From: Gammaproteobacteria bacterium
Lineage (GTDB): Bacteria > Pseudomonadota > Gammaproteobacteria > Ga0077554 > Ga007554
Assembly (NCBI GenBank): GCA_040183005.1
Contig: JAMPIW010000009.1
Location: 50,876 to 114,875 of the forward strand
Direction of reading: 5' to 3'
Length of the DNA stretch: 64,000 bases
Shown here piece after piece: positions 52,930-62,241 of the stretch. Below the pieces are notes generated by a model. It ran no database searches, had not been told where the DNA came from, and saw only the letters and a program-made list of their open reading frames with translations. Made by a program: the position numbers and the translations under genes. How positions within the stretch are numbered: position 1 is the stretch's first letter; each line of letters begins with the position of its first letter.

Positions 52930-53439
52930 TTATTTCTCCACTGCCTTGCCCATCGCACTCAAGCGCCGCAATATCCCCTGTATCACGTCGCGGCGCATGT
53001 CGCGGTACAGCAGGTCTTCCTCCGCACCCTTGGCCAGCACATCGGCCTGGCTGAAGGAGACTGCGCGCTCCAGGCTCACGGTTTGCGTGGCTTGCAGTGG
53101 CTTACCCGCCTGATCATTAACGTCGAAGGTAACCGCGTAGTGCAACTCAAACTCACTCGCCGCACCGGCCGCCCCCACCGATAGGACGCGGCGGCTCTTG
53201 TCTTCGTTGAATACTGTCAGGATCGCTTGCGCCTGCTCCCGGTCCTCGGTGACTTTCACCCCGGCGCTGCCCAGCGCACGGCGCAGCTCAGACAACAATA
53301 CCCCACTGGCATTGGCGCCCTGCACATACGTCACCGGCAAGGGCACGCTGACGCCCGCGCTGCCGCGCAACCTGAAGCCGCAGCCGTCCAGCGCCAACAG
53401 CGTGCAACCCAGCATCAGCACAACAAGCAAAAACCGCAT
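52930..53439 (-). CDS. lptE: LPS-assembly lipoprotein LptE
   Basis: Lipobox LALDGC and LptE/RlpB-like sequence upstream of holA. Confidence 0.75.
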   Translation of the reverse strand: MRFLLVVLMLGCTLLALDGCGFRLRGSAGVSVPLPVTYVQGANASGVLLSELRRALGSAGVKVTEDREQAQAILTVFNEDKSRRVLSVGAAGAASEFELHYAVTFDVNDQAGKPLQATQTVSLERAVSFSQADVLAKGAEEDLLYRDMRRDVIQGILRRLSAMGKAVEK

Positions 53440-53778
53440 TCTTATCACACACTCTTACTCATTAAACATGCTAAATGATATAATTTTAAGTTATTCAACA
53501 TTATGCCCACCCCAATAATACTTGACTAAATTAGTCGGTTTTATTAGTATGGTAGCGGGCTTGATAGGGCATAGGCCACCGTTTTGCCTTTACCCCACAG
53601 TCAAACAGATCATGTTGTAATATAGAGCATTTCCAGCCGTTCTCAAAATCGGTGCGTTGCACCCATGCTGTTCGCGGCCAATTCATCCATCACCCGGGAT
53701 TGACGGAAATTTGCGGCGGGCTGTAGTCCGACAGGCTGTATGTTTGACTGGCTACAGTCTGCGGATCAGGAGAGAAAC

Positions 53779-55215
53779 ATGAGCACAACGCTAGAGGCGT
53801 TAATCAACCGGCCTTACGAGTACGGTTTTGTCACCGACATCGAGTCCGACGCCATCCCCAAAGGGTTGAGCGAGGATGTGGTCCGGCTGATATCCAAAAA
53901 GAAAAACGAGCCGGACTGGTTGCTGGAATTCCGTCTCAGCGCTTATCGCCACTGGCTGACGATGACTGAACCCGTCTGGGCGAATGTCTCGCACGCCAAA
54001 ATTGATTATCAAAACATCATCTACTACTCCGCACCCAAGCCCAAGAAGAAGCTGGCGAGCATGGATGAGGTCGACCCTGAGCTGCTGCGCACCTTCGAGA
54101 AGCTCGGTGTGCCGATGCACGAGCGAAAAATGCTGGCGAATGTCGCGGTGGACGTGATTTTCGATAGCGTGTCAGTGACGACCACGTACAAGGAAAAACT
54201 GGCGGAAGTGGGCATCATTTTCTGCTCGTTTTCCGAAGCGGTGCAGCATCATCCTGAGCTAGTCAAACAGTACCTTGGCAGCGTCGTGCCAAGCGCGGAC
54301 AATTTCTTTGCGGCGCTAAATTCCGCCGTATTCACCGACGGATCATTCTGCTACATCCCGAAAAACACCAAGTGCCCGATGGACCTGAGCACCTATTTCC
54401 GCATCAACAACGCGGAATCCGGGCAATTTGAGCGCACCTTGATTATTGCCGAGGAGGGCAGCCACGTCAGCTATCTGGAAGGCTGCACCGCGCCGCGCTT
54501 CGACACCAATCAGTTGCATGCCGCGGTAGTAGAGCTTGTCGTGCTCGACAATGCGGAAATCAAGTATTCCACAGTGCAGAACTGGTACGCCGGCGACGAG
54601 AACGGGGTGGGCGGCATTTACAACTTTGTTACCAAGCGCGGCCTGTGCAAGGGCGTCAATTCCAAGATTTCGTGGACGCAAGTGGAAACCGGCTCGGCGA
54701 TCACCTGGAAATACCCCAGTTGCGTGCTGCTGGGCGACAACTCCATCGGCGAGTTTTATTCCGTGGCGCTGACCAATCATCATCAGCAGGCTGACACCGG
54801 CACCAAGATGATCCACATCGGCAAGAACACGCGCAGCCGCATCGTCAGCAAGGGCATCTCCGCGGGCCAATCGAACAATAGCTACCGCGGGTTGGTAAAA
54901 GTCGGCGCCAAGGCCGATGGCGCACGCAATTATTCGCAGTGCGACTCAATGCTGATCGGATCAGCGTGCGGCGCTCATACGTTCCCCTATATCGAGGTGA
55001 TGAACAGCACCGCCAAGGTTGAGCACGAGGCATCCACCTCGCGCATTGGCGAGGATCAGATGTTTTATTTCGCAAGCCGTGGCATTGGTGGAGAAGAAGC
55101 GGTTTCCATGATCATCAACGGCTTTTGCAAAGAGGTGTTCAACCACCTGCCGATGGAGTTCGCCGTGGAAGCCACCAAGCTGCTCGGTCTTAAACTGGAA
55201 GGAAGCGTCGGGTGA
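53779..55215 (+). CDS. sufB: Fe-S cluster assembly protein SufB
   Basis: SufB sequence. Start set at MSTTLEAL with a CAGGAGAG RBS. Confidence 0.95.
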   Translation: MSTTLEALINRPYEYGFVTDIESDAIPKGLSEDVVRLISKKKNEPDWLLEFRLSAYRHWLTMTEPVWANVSHAKIDYQNIIYYSAPKPKKKLASMDEVDPELLRTFEKLGVPMHERKMLANVAVDVIFDSVSVTTTYKEKLAEVGIIFCSFSEAVQHHPELVKQYLGSVVPSADNFFAALNSAVFTDGSFCYIPKNTKCPMDLSTYFRINNAESGQFERTLIIAEEGSHVSYLEGCTAPRFDTNQLHAAVVELVVLDNAEIKYSTVQNWYAGDENGVGGIYNFVTKRGLCKGVNSKISWTQVETGSAITWKYPSCVLLGDNSIGEFYSVALTNHHQQADTGTKMIHIGKNTRSRIVSKGISAGQSNNSYRGLVKVGAKADGARNYSQCDSMLIGSACGAHTFPYIEVMNSTAKVEHEASTSRIGEDQMFYFASRGIGGEEAVSMIINGFCKEVFNHLPMEFAVEATKLLGLKLEGSVG

Positions 55216-56105
55216 TTAGCAGCAATAGCAAAGTGATTTTAGAAGTGCGCAATCTGTCGGCCTCCGTCGCAGGTATAGAGATCCTCAAGGGCATCAACCT
55301 CACGGTGCGTAGCGGCGAAGTACATGCCATCATGGGGCCGAATGGTTCGGGCAAGAGCACGTTTTCCAAGGTGCTGGCCGGCCACCCCGGTTATACCGTG
55401 ACCGGCGGCGAGGTGCTGTTCGAGGGACAAAATCTGCTTGAGCTGCCACCGGAAGAGCGGGCACGTAACGGCGTGTTTCTGGCGTTCCAATATCCAATAG
55501 AGATACCCGGCGTGAGCAATAGCGCCTTCTTGAGGCTGACCTACAACACCCAGCAGGCGCATCGTGGCGGCGAAGAGCTCGATCCGCTCGAATTCAATGA
55601 TTTCATACAAGAGAAGTGCAAGATCGTTGAGATGGACCCGAGCTTTCTCGACCGCAGCGTGAACGAAGGTTTTTCCGGCGGCGAGAAGAAGCGCAATGAG
55701 ATTTTGCAAATGGCCGTGCTGGACCCCAGGCTTGCGATCCTCGACGAAACCGATTCCGGGCTGGATATTGATGCACTACGTATCGTCGCCAGTGGCGTGA
55801 ACAAGCTGATGACGCCGGACAACGCCGTGATCATGGTGACGCACTACCAGCGCCTGCTCAATTACATTACCCCCGACTTTGTTCATGTCATGCGGCGCGG
55901 ACGTATCATCAAGACCGGTGGCAAAGAGCTTGCGCTGGAGCTGGAGACGCGCGGTTATGACTGGGTGGATGATGAGCATCAGAGCGCGGCCGATGCACAT
56001 GGACGTGCAAGCGCTGCGGGCCCAGAACACGCGGGAGCAGAGGCCGATGCACATGGAAGTGCAAGTGCCGCGGGCGCAGGACGCGCGGGAGCGGCCTCCG
56101 TATGA
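55212..56105 (+). CDS. sufC: Fe-S cluster assembly ATPase SufC with an unusual approx. 45-aa low-complexity C-terminal extension
   Basis: Walker [10 protein letters not shown], followed by a tail made of two 54-bp tandem units (55989-56096). Confidence 0.9.
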   Translation: MISSNSKVILEVRNLSASVAGIEILKGINLTVRSGEVHAIMGPNGSGKSTFSKVLAGHPGYTVTGGEVLFEGQNLLELPPEERARNGVFLAFQYPIEIPGVSNSAFLRLTYNTQQAHRGGEELDPLEFNDFIQEKCKIVEMDPSFLDRSVNEGFSGGEKKRNEILQMAVLDPRLAILDETDSGLDIDALRIVASGVNKLMTPDNAVIMVTHYQRLLNYITPDFVHVMRRGRIIKTGGKELALELETRGYDWVDDEHQSAADAHGRASAAGPEHAGAEADAHGSASAAGAGRAGAASV

Positions 56106-57445
56106 GCGCGGTGATGAAAGCGCCAGACGTGCGGGACGAGTACCTTGCCAGCCTGGCGCCGGACACTAACCCATTGGCCGGTCCCGGACCGGATTGGCTG
56201 AATGCGCTGCGCGCCGAAGCGGCGGCCTGCGTCAATTCACTGCCCTATCCCACGACACACGATGAAGAATGGCGCTTTACGGATTTTGGCCTGCTGCGCA
56301 AGACAGCCTTTGCGAGCGCTGCCGCTGACATCTCGCCTGAAGTGTCGTTGGCGGACATTGCGCCCTTCGTACTTCCCGAATCGGAAAAAAGCCGCCTGGT
56401 ATTCGTCAATGGTATTTACGCACCCCATCTTTCGGTCTGCGCTGGTCTACCGCAAGGCGTAGTGATGAGCAATCTGGCAGCAGGCCTGTCTTCGCACGAC
56501 GCCGTTATTCGCGCGCACCTTGCGCAACAGCTGGACTTTCACAACGAGGCGTTCGCCGCGCTTAACACCAGCCACATCCGCGATGGCGCGCTGGTACTGA
56601 TCGCAAAAGACACGGCATGCCCTGCGCCCATCCATTTGCTGTTTATTGCCACGGGAGCGACTGCAAACACGCCGCAGGCTAGCTACCCACGCTGCCTGGT
56701 TATTGCCGAAGCCGGCAGCACATGTGCGCTGATTGAAGATTATGTGTGCCTGAGCCCGGGAGTTTATTTTACCGACGCCGTGAGCGAGATCACGATTGGC
56801 GAAAATGCTTCCGTCGAGCATACACGCTTGCAACGGGAGTCTCACTCCGCCTTCCACATGGCCTATGGCGTAGCGGCCTTGGCGCGCGGCAGCAACTATG
56901 TGGCTCATAACATCGCTTTTGGCGCACGCATATCCCGCCATGACCTGCGCATTACGCAAAACGGCGAGGCTGCACAATGCACGCTCAACGGTCTGGCGTT
57001 GATTTCCGGGCGGCAAATAGCAGATACACATACCGTCATGGATCATGCAAAACCCAACGGCCAGAGCACGCAGCTTCACAAATGCATCGCGGATGGCGGT
57101 GCGCACGCGGTGTTCAACGGCAAGATTTTTGTGCGTAAAGACGCGCAGCACACCAATGCCGCTCAGCAAAGCCGCAACCTGCTGCTGTCCAACAAGGCGC
57201 GCATAGATACCAAGCCCCAGCTTGAGATTTTCGCCGATGACGTAAAGTGTGCGCATGGCGCAACCGTCAGTCAGCTTGAGACAGAAGAAATGTTTTACTT
57301 AAACAGCCGCGGACTGACCACGCTCACTGCGCGCAACCTGTTGATCTACGCCTTTGCCGAAGAGATTGTGGATAGGATCCCTGTTCCCTCGCTCATAAAG
57401 CAACTTAGCAAAACACTCTCAGAACAGATTCTGGAGCACACATGA
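56102..57445 (+). CDS. sufD: Fe-S cluster assembly protein SufD
   Basis: 447 aa SufB/D-family protein. Overlaps the sufC stop. Confidence 0.85.
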   Translation: MSAVMKAPDVRDEYLASLAPDTNPLAGPGPDWLNALRAEAAACVNSLPYPTTHDEEWRFTDFGLLRKTAFASAAADISPEVSLADIAPFVLPESEKSRLVFVNGIYAPHLSVCAGLPQGVVMSNLAAGLSSHDAVIRAHLAQQLDFHNEAFAALNTSHIRDGALVLIAKDTACPAPIHLLFIATGATANTPQASYPRCLVIAEAGSTCALIEDYVCLSPGVYFTDAVSEITIGENASVEHTRLQRESHSAFHMAYGVAALARGSNYVAHNIAFGARISRHDLRITQNGEAAQCTLNGLALISGRQIADTHTVMDHAKPNGQSTQLHKCIADGGAHAVFNGKIFVRKDAQHTNAAQQSRNLLLSNKARIDTKPQLEIFADDVKCAHGATVSQLETEEMFYLNSRGLTTLTARNLLIYAFAEEIVDRIPVPSLIKQLSKTLSEQILEHT

Positions 57446-58701
57446 GTAACGCTCTTCACTCAAGTGAAAAAGCCTTGCAGGGCGGCTTGGACATTGGCCG
57501 TGTGCGCGCGGATTTCCCGATTTTGCAGCGCAGCATCCATGGCAAACCGCTGGTCTATCTTGATAACGCCGCGAGCAGTCAGATGCCGCAACAGGTGATT
57601 GACCGGCTGGTGCATTATCAGACCCACGAGCATGCCAATGTGCATCGTGGTGTGCATACCTTGAGCCAGCTTGCCACTACCGAATACGAAAACGCCCGCC
57701 ATAAGGTGATGAACTTTCTCGGGGCTGCAGACGCGCGTGAGATCATCTTCGTGCGCGGCACAACCGAGGGCATCAATCTGGTAATGCACGGCTATGGCCG
57801 CGCGTTTCTCAAAGAGGGTGACGAGATCATCCTCTCTGCAATGGAACATCATGCCAACATCGTACCTTGGCAAATGTTGCGCGACGAGAAGAAGGTTGTG
57901 CTGCGCATTATCCCTATGGACGACACGGGCGAGCTGCTGCTCGACGCGTATGAAAAATTATTCAACGCGCGCACCAAACTTGTCGCCATCACGCATGTCT
58001 CGAATGCGCTGGGCACCATCAACCCGGTGCATGAGATGATCGCCACCGCGCGCCAGCACGGCGCGCTGGTATTGCTCGATGGGGCGCAGGCCGCACCGCA
58101 CCTCCCCGTCAACGTGCAGGATCTGGATTGCGATTTTTATGTCTTCTCCAGCCACAAGCTGTGCGGCCCGACCGGCGTCGGCATCCTCTATGGCAAGGCC
58201 GCGTTACTGGAAAAAATGCAGCCCTACCAGGGCGGCGGCGACATGATCTTGAATGTCACCTTCGAGCGCACTACCTATAACGAGATACCGTACAAATTCG
58301 AGGCGGGGACGCCCGCGATTGCGGCGGGCATAGGGCTGGGCAGCGCTATCGACTATATCACTGGCATCGGTCTGGAGCGGATTGCCGCACACGAGCATGC
58401 GTTATTGAGCTATGCCACCGAAGCAGTGCGAGACATCAAAGGCCTGCGGATTATCGGTACGGCGGAGCATAAGGCTGCGGTGCTGTCATTCACGCTGGAT
58501 GAGATCCACCCCCACGACATCGGCACGATACTCGATCACCAGGGCATCGCCGTCCGCGCCGGGCATCATTGCGCGCAACCTGTAATGCAGCGCTTTGGTG
58601 TAGCTGCCACAGCACGCGCGTCATTTGCTTTTTACAACACGCTCGAGGAAGTGGATGCGCTGGTAGCGGGAATACATACCGTACAAAAGGTGTTTGCCTG
58701 A
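57442..58701 (+). CDS. sufS: Cysteine desulfurase SufS
   Basis: 419 aa class-V aminotransferase with a SufS-like active-site region. Confidence 0.9.
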   Translation: MSNALHSSEKALQGGLDIGRVRADFPILQRSIHGKPLVYLDNAASSQMPQQVIDRLVHYQTHEHANVHRGVHTLSQLATTEYENARHKVMNFLGAADAREIIFVRGTTEGINLVMHGYGRAFLKEGDEIILSAMEHHANIVPWQMLRDEKKVVLRIIPMDDTGELLLDAYEKLFNARTKLVAITHVSNALGTINPVHEMIATARQHGALVLLDGAQAAPHLPVNVQDLDCDFYVFSSHKLCGPTGVGILYGKAALLEKMQPYQGGGDMILNVTFERTTYNEIPYKFEAGTPAIAAGIGLGSAIDYITGIGLERIAAHEHALLSYATEAVRDIKGLRIIGTAEHKAAVLSFTLDEIHPHDIGTILDHQGIAVRAGHHCAQPVMQRFGVAATARASFAFYNTLEEVDALVAGIHTVQKVFA

Positions 58702-59156
58702 TGGATCCGCGCGAGCTCTACCAGGAAATGATTCTGGAACACAACAAAAAGCCACGCAATTTCGGTGTGATCGCGGAAGCCAACCGCCATGCGGAAGGCC
58801 ATAACCCGGTGTGCGGTGATCACATCACACTGCATCTGCACCTTGAAGGTGACCAGATTCAGGGTGTCAGTTTCGAGGGGCACAGTTGCGCCATCTGCAA
58901 GGCCTCGGCCTCGATGATGACTACCCAGGTGAAAGGAAAAACCGTCGCTGAGGCAGAAACACTGATTCAGGAGTTTCGCGACATGGTGACGGGCAAGCTC
59001 GACACCAAAACTCAACCCCACCACCTGGGCCGCCTGACGGTATTGGCCGGCGTAAGCGAGCTACCATCCCGAGTAAAATGCGCCGTTTTGCCTTGGCATA
59101 CCTTGCACTCTGCGTTTGTCGCGCAAGAGACCGCATCGACGGAAAAAGAGTTTTGA
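58701..59156 (+). CDS. sufU: SufU/IscU-like sulfur-transfer scaffold
   Basis: Start MDPRELYQEMILEHNKKPRNFG overlaps the sufS stop by 1 nt (TGATG). Conserved Cys residues. Confidence 0.8.
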   Translation: MDPRELYQEMILEHNKKPRNFGVIAEANRHAEGHNPVCGDHITLHLHLEGDQIQGVSFEGHSCAICKASASMMTTQVKGKTVAEAETLIQEFRDMVTGKLDTKTQPHHLGRLTVLAGVSELPSRVKCAVLPWHTLHSAFVAQETASTEKEF

Positions 59157-59160
59157 TACC

Positions 59161-59718
59161 ATGCCCAAAATAGCCGATATAGAAAAAACCCCGAACCCGA
59201 ACGCCATGCGCTTCGTCCTCAAGGAGCCTGTCACCCTGGGTGTCGCGCGCTCGTTCGAAAATGCCGGGCAGGCCGCAAATGATCCGCTGGCTAGCGCGCT
59301 GTTTGCCATACCCCATGTCACCAATGTGTTTTACGTGGACCGCTGGCTAACCGTAACGCAGGATGGCGAGGCCTACTGGGACAAGTTACTGATGGAGCTG
59401 GCGCCGCCCATTCGATCCGCCGAAGCAGCCACACCGATCTCAATGGATACGGACGGTACAACAGCGCATAAAACGCTGGTCGCCCCGGAAGACGAAGACC
59501 GCCTCGCGCGTATTACTGAGCTGCTGGATGAACGCATCCGCCCCGCCTTGCTGAGCGATGGCGGCGGACTCGAAGTGATGGAGTTTTCCGGAGACAAGCT
59601 TGTCATCCGGTATCAGGGAGCGTGCGGCACCTGCCCCAGCTCGCTTTCCGGCACGCTCATGGCCATCGAAAGCGTGATACGCACCATCGAGCCGGATATC
59701 GAGGTTATTGCGGTATAA
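59161..59718 (+). CDS. Nfu-type Fe-S scaffold (Nfu_N plus NifU C-terminal CxxC domain)
   Basis: Start set at MPKIADIEKTPNP. C-terminal CGTCPSS motif. Confidence 0.7.
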   Translation: MPKIADIEKTPNPNAMRFVLKEPVTLGVARSFENAGQAANDPLASALFAIPHVTNVFYVDRWLTVTQDGEAYWDKLLMELAPPIRSAEAATPISMDTDGTTAHKTLVAPEDEDRLARITELLDERIRPALLSDGGGLEVMEFSGDKLVIRYQGACGTCPSSLSGTLMAIESVIRTIEPDIEVIAV

Positions 59719-59802
59719 GCCTGCTTGTTCGTAGTGTGTTAAGTACCATCGTCCTATATCATTTCACCGGGCCGGCCCAGCGTAGCGTCGCTTTCGACCT
59801 CA

Positions 59803-60585
59803 TCACGCCGCCCGGTTCACGAAATGCCTCACATAGCGTGCATCCAGCCGGTCCCTGTCGAGCAGAATCAGCATGTCCGCTACGTTAATGTGTGGATCCC
59901 AGGCGGGTTCACCGCAGATTACCGCGCCGAGGCGCATATAGGCCTTGAGTAGGGGCGGGGTGCTGGGCGTGGCCGTTATGTCATGCTGAAACAGATCCAG
60001 ACCCGGCACAGCTAACCGGGGTGTGGCGCGCCAGGCATCGGGGCCGAGGTGGTTGTCGCGCAGGTAGTGATAAGTCGCCGCGACCTTTTTCACGCCCATG
60101 CTCATGGGGATGCTGGCGCAGCCCATCATGTAATCGAAGTTGTTGATGTCCATGTAACGTGTGAGTCCTGCCCATAACAGCCCGATAGTGCTGCCATTGC
60201 GGTAGTTGGGGTGGACGCAGGTGCGGCCCACTTCCATGATGCGCGCGGGCATGGTGAGGATGTTGCTCAGGTCAAACTCGGTTTGTGAATAAAAACCACC
60301 GGCTTCGATGGCCTGGGTGTCGGTGAGAATCCGATAGCAGCCTGCCACCTGATCGTTGTTGAGGTCGCGCACCAGCAAGTGCTGGCAGTAGGGATCAAAG
60401 CGGTCGCTTTCCATGCCGGGCTGTTTGCACGAAATACGCGCGCCCATCTCCTCGACAAACATCTGATAACGCAGGCGCTGGGCGGCTTCGATGTCTTTTT
60501 TCGAGATTGCCAGGCCAACATGCAGGTGATGTCCCTGGTGTGATTCGATTTCAAAAGATTGGTTTTGTAGCGCAGCCAAAGCCAT
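59803..60585 (-). CDS. GNAT-fold N-acyl amino acid synthase-like protein (exosortase/OlsB-like type)
   Basis: 260 aa. AAQRLRYQMFVEEMG plus downstream motifs resemble the Acetyltransf_5 / TIGR03694 family (from memory). Confidence 0.55.
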   Translation of the reverse strand: MALAALQNQSFEIESHQGHHLHVGLAISKKDIEAAQRLRYQMFVEEMGARISCKQPGMESDRFDPYCQHLLVRDLNNDQVAGCYRILTDTQAIEAGGFYSQTEFDLSNILTMPARIMEVGRTCVHPNYRNGSTIGLLWAGLTRYMDINNFDYMMGCASIPMSMGVKKVAATYHYLRDNHLGPDAWRATPRLAVPGLDLFQHDITATPSTPPLLKAYMRLGAVICGEPAWDPHINVADMLILLDRDRLDARYVRHFVNRAA

Positions 60586-60762
60586 GACATGAACTCCTCA
60601 TTTTAGTTTAAGGCCGCGCACGCAGCATTCATGTATACCTGTGTATCCTGGCAAAGGATGGCGATTTTGTGTTACGGGGCCATAACGGAATGATGAATTT
60701 TTCTTTACAGCGCGGTGTGACGTTGGACTAAACACACTGGAGTAAATGTTAATATTCTGATT

Positions 60763-62083
60763 CAGAAGTGTCCGGTAATTTAATTGAATAGATTCAATTG
60801 GTTATTGTCTTTCTGCATGCTCATTTGCGTCTCCGCATTTTTAAGTAATTGATCGAGTGGCGTTTTCTCGAAAAGAGTCAGGCTCAAAATCTGTAGGATT
60901 GTGTAAAGCGAAGCCTCGGTATTGAGCCGCTTTTTCACGATGGCGACCACGACGTAAACCGCGATGGCGATCCATATTTGCGTCTTGACTGCATTCTCGG
61001 TGGTGCCATAGAACCGCTTGATTCGAAGATGCTGTTTGATCCACTTGAAGAATAGCTCGACCTGCCAGCGGCAACGATAAAGCTGAGCGATGGTCAGCGC
61101 AGGCAGGTCGAAGTTGTTGGTCAGAAAGACCAGAAACCTGTCGTGTTCGGCATCGTAGAACTTGATGCGTCGCAGGTGCTGCGGGTAATCCTTGCTGGCC
61201 TTGCGAGCAGTCAATGCAATGGTCTGGTCGCAGCGCAGTCCAGTGGACTTGTCCACGGTGCGAGAGTAGACGCGACGAAAGAGCAGATTGGATTTGCCAC
61301 GGATGACAAAGAACGCCTGTGCTTGATGCAGGGTGAACCAGCGAGCGAAGTCGGTGAAGCCACGATCCATGATGTAAAAGCTGCCGGCTTCGGGTATCAG
61401 GATATCGAGCACATTGACCTCGTGCATCTTGCCATCGCTGATGTGGATGAAGGTTGGAATGTTGCCGCGCAGGTCGAGCAGCGTATGCATCTTGACGGCA
61501 GCTTTGGTGGAGCGGAAGCGTGCCCACGGAAAGACGCTCAAGCACAGGTCGATGGTCGTGGTATCGAGTGCGTAGACCGTCTGTTCCAGTTCGACCGCAA
61601 AGCTGTCGCTGGCGTAAAGCTTTCTGGCGGTCTGGATTAAGCTCATCGCGAAATCCGCGTAGATGCGACAGTCGCGTTGCTCGTTGGCATCGGCCAGCGT
61701 GCTCTTGGCGATGTTGCCTCGTATGCCCAAGTGATAGAGCTTGGCTTGGTGGGCGCGCAGACAGGTTTCGATGTCGCGCAGGCTTTCGCGGTAAGTCAGC
61801 TGCGCGAACGCCATGCAGAGAAATTGATCGAGATGCGAAAAAGTCTTGGTGGGATATTTGGAAGGGTAGCGCTGCACGCAGCGACGGAATGTGTGAAGGG
61901 GCAAATGCTCCATGAGTTGTGCGAACACCAACTGGCCTGAATACATGACGGAAACTCCTGGGGGGAAAGCCCCAGTTTCCCAAAAAATTCACGTTCAAGT
62001 CGGTGACACCCCTAAACACACACTTTCCTATTCAACATCATCATGTTATATAGCCGTCTTTGCGAAATTGCCGGACACTTCTG
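60763..62083 (-). mobile_element. IS4-family insertion sequence, copy 2 (1321 bp)
   Basis: Same TIRs as copy 1. One SNP relative to copy 1 (3659 A versus 60950 C). Flanked by the 9-bp direct repeat ATTCTGATT at 60754-60762 and 62084-62092. Confidence 0.85.
60780..61946 (-). CDS. IS4-family DDE transposase (copy 2)
   Basis: 388 aa, identical to copy 1 except L to V at one position. Confidence 0.85.
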   Translation of the reverse strand: MYSGQLVFAQLMEHLPLHTFRRCVQRYPSKYPTKTFSHLDQFLCMAFAQLTYRESLRDIETCLRAHQAKLYHLGIRGNIAKSTLADANEQRDCRIYADFAMSLIQTARKLYASDSFAVELEQTVYALDTTTIDLCLSVFPWARFRSTKAAVKMHTLLDLRGNIPTFIHISDGKMHEVNVLDILIPEAGSFYIMDRGFTDFARWFTLHQAQAFFVIRGKSNLLFRRVYSRTVDKSTGLRCDQTIALTARKASKDYPQHLRRIKFYDAEHDRFLVFLTNNFDLPALTIAQLYRCRWQVELFFKWIKQHLRIKRFYGTTENAVKTQIWIAIAVYVVVAIVKKRLNTEASLYTILQILSLTLFEKTPLDQLLKNAETQMSMQKDNNQLNLFN

Positions 62084-62241
62084 ATTCTGATTTTTTTTGA
62101 CAACGAACCATCCCGGCAATTATCGTACCGGCTGCTCATTGATGGATGATCCTGAAAACGGCAGGGAGCATCCCAATACACTATTTCTTCAGATAACCAC
62201 CGGCGAGGGATCGTCTTTATGAAAAAGACAGAAAAAATCCC

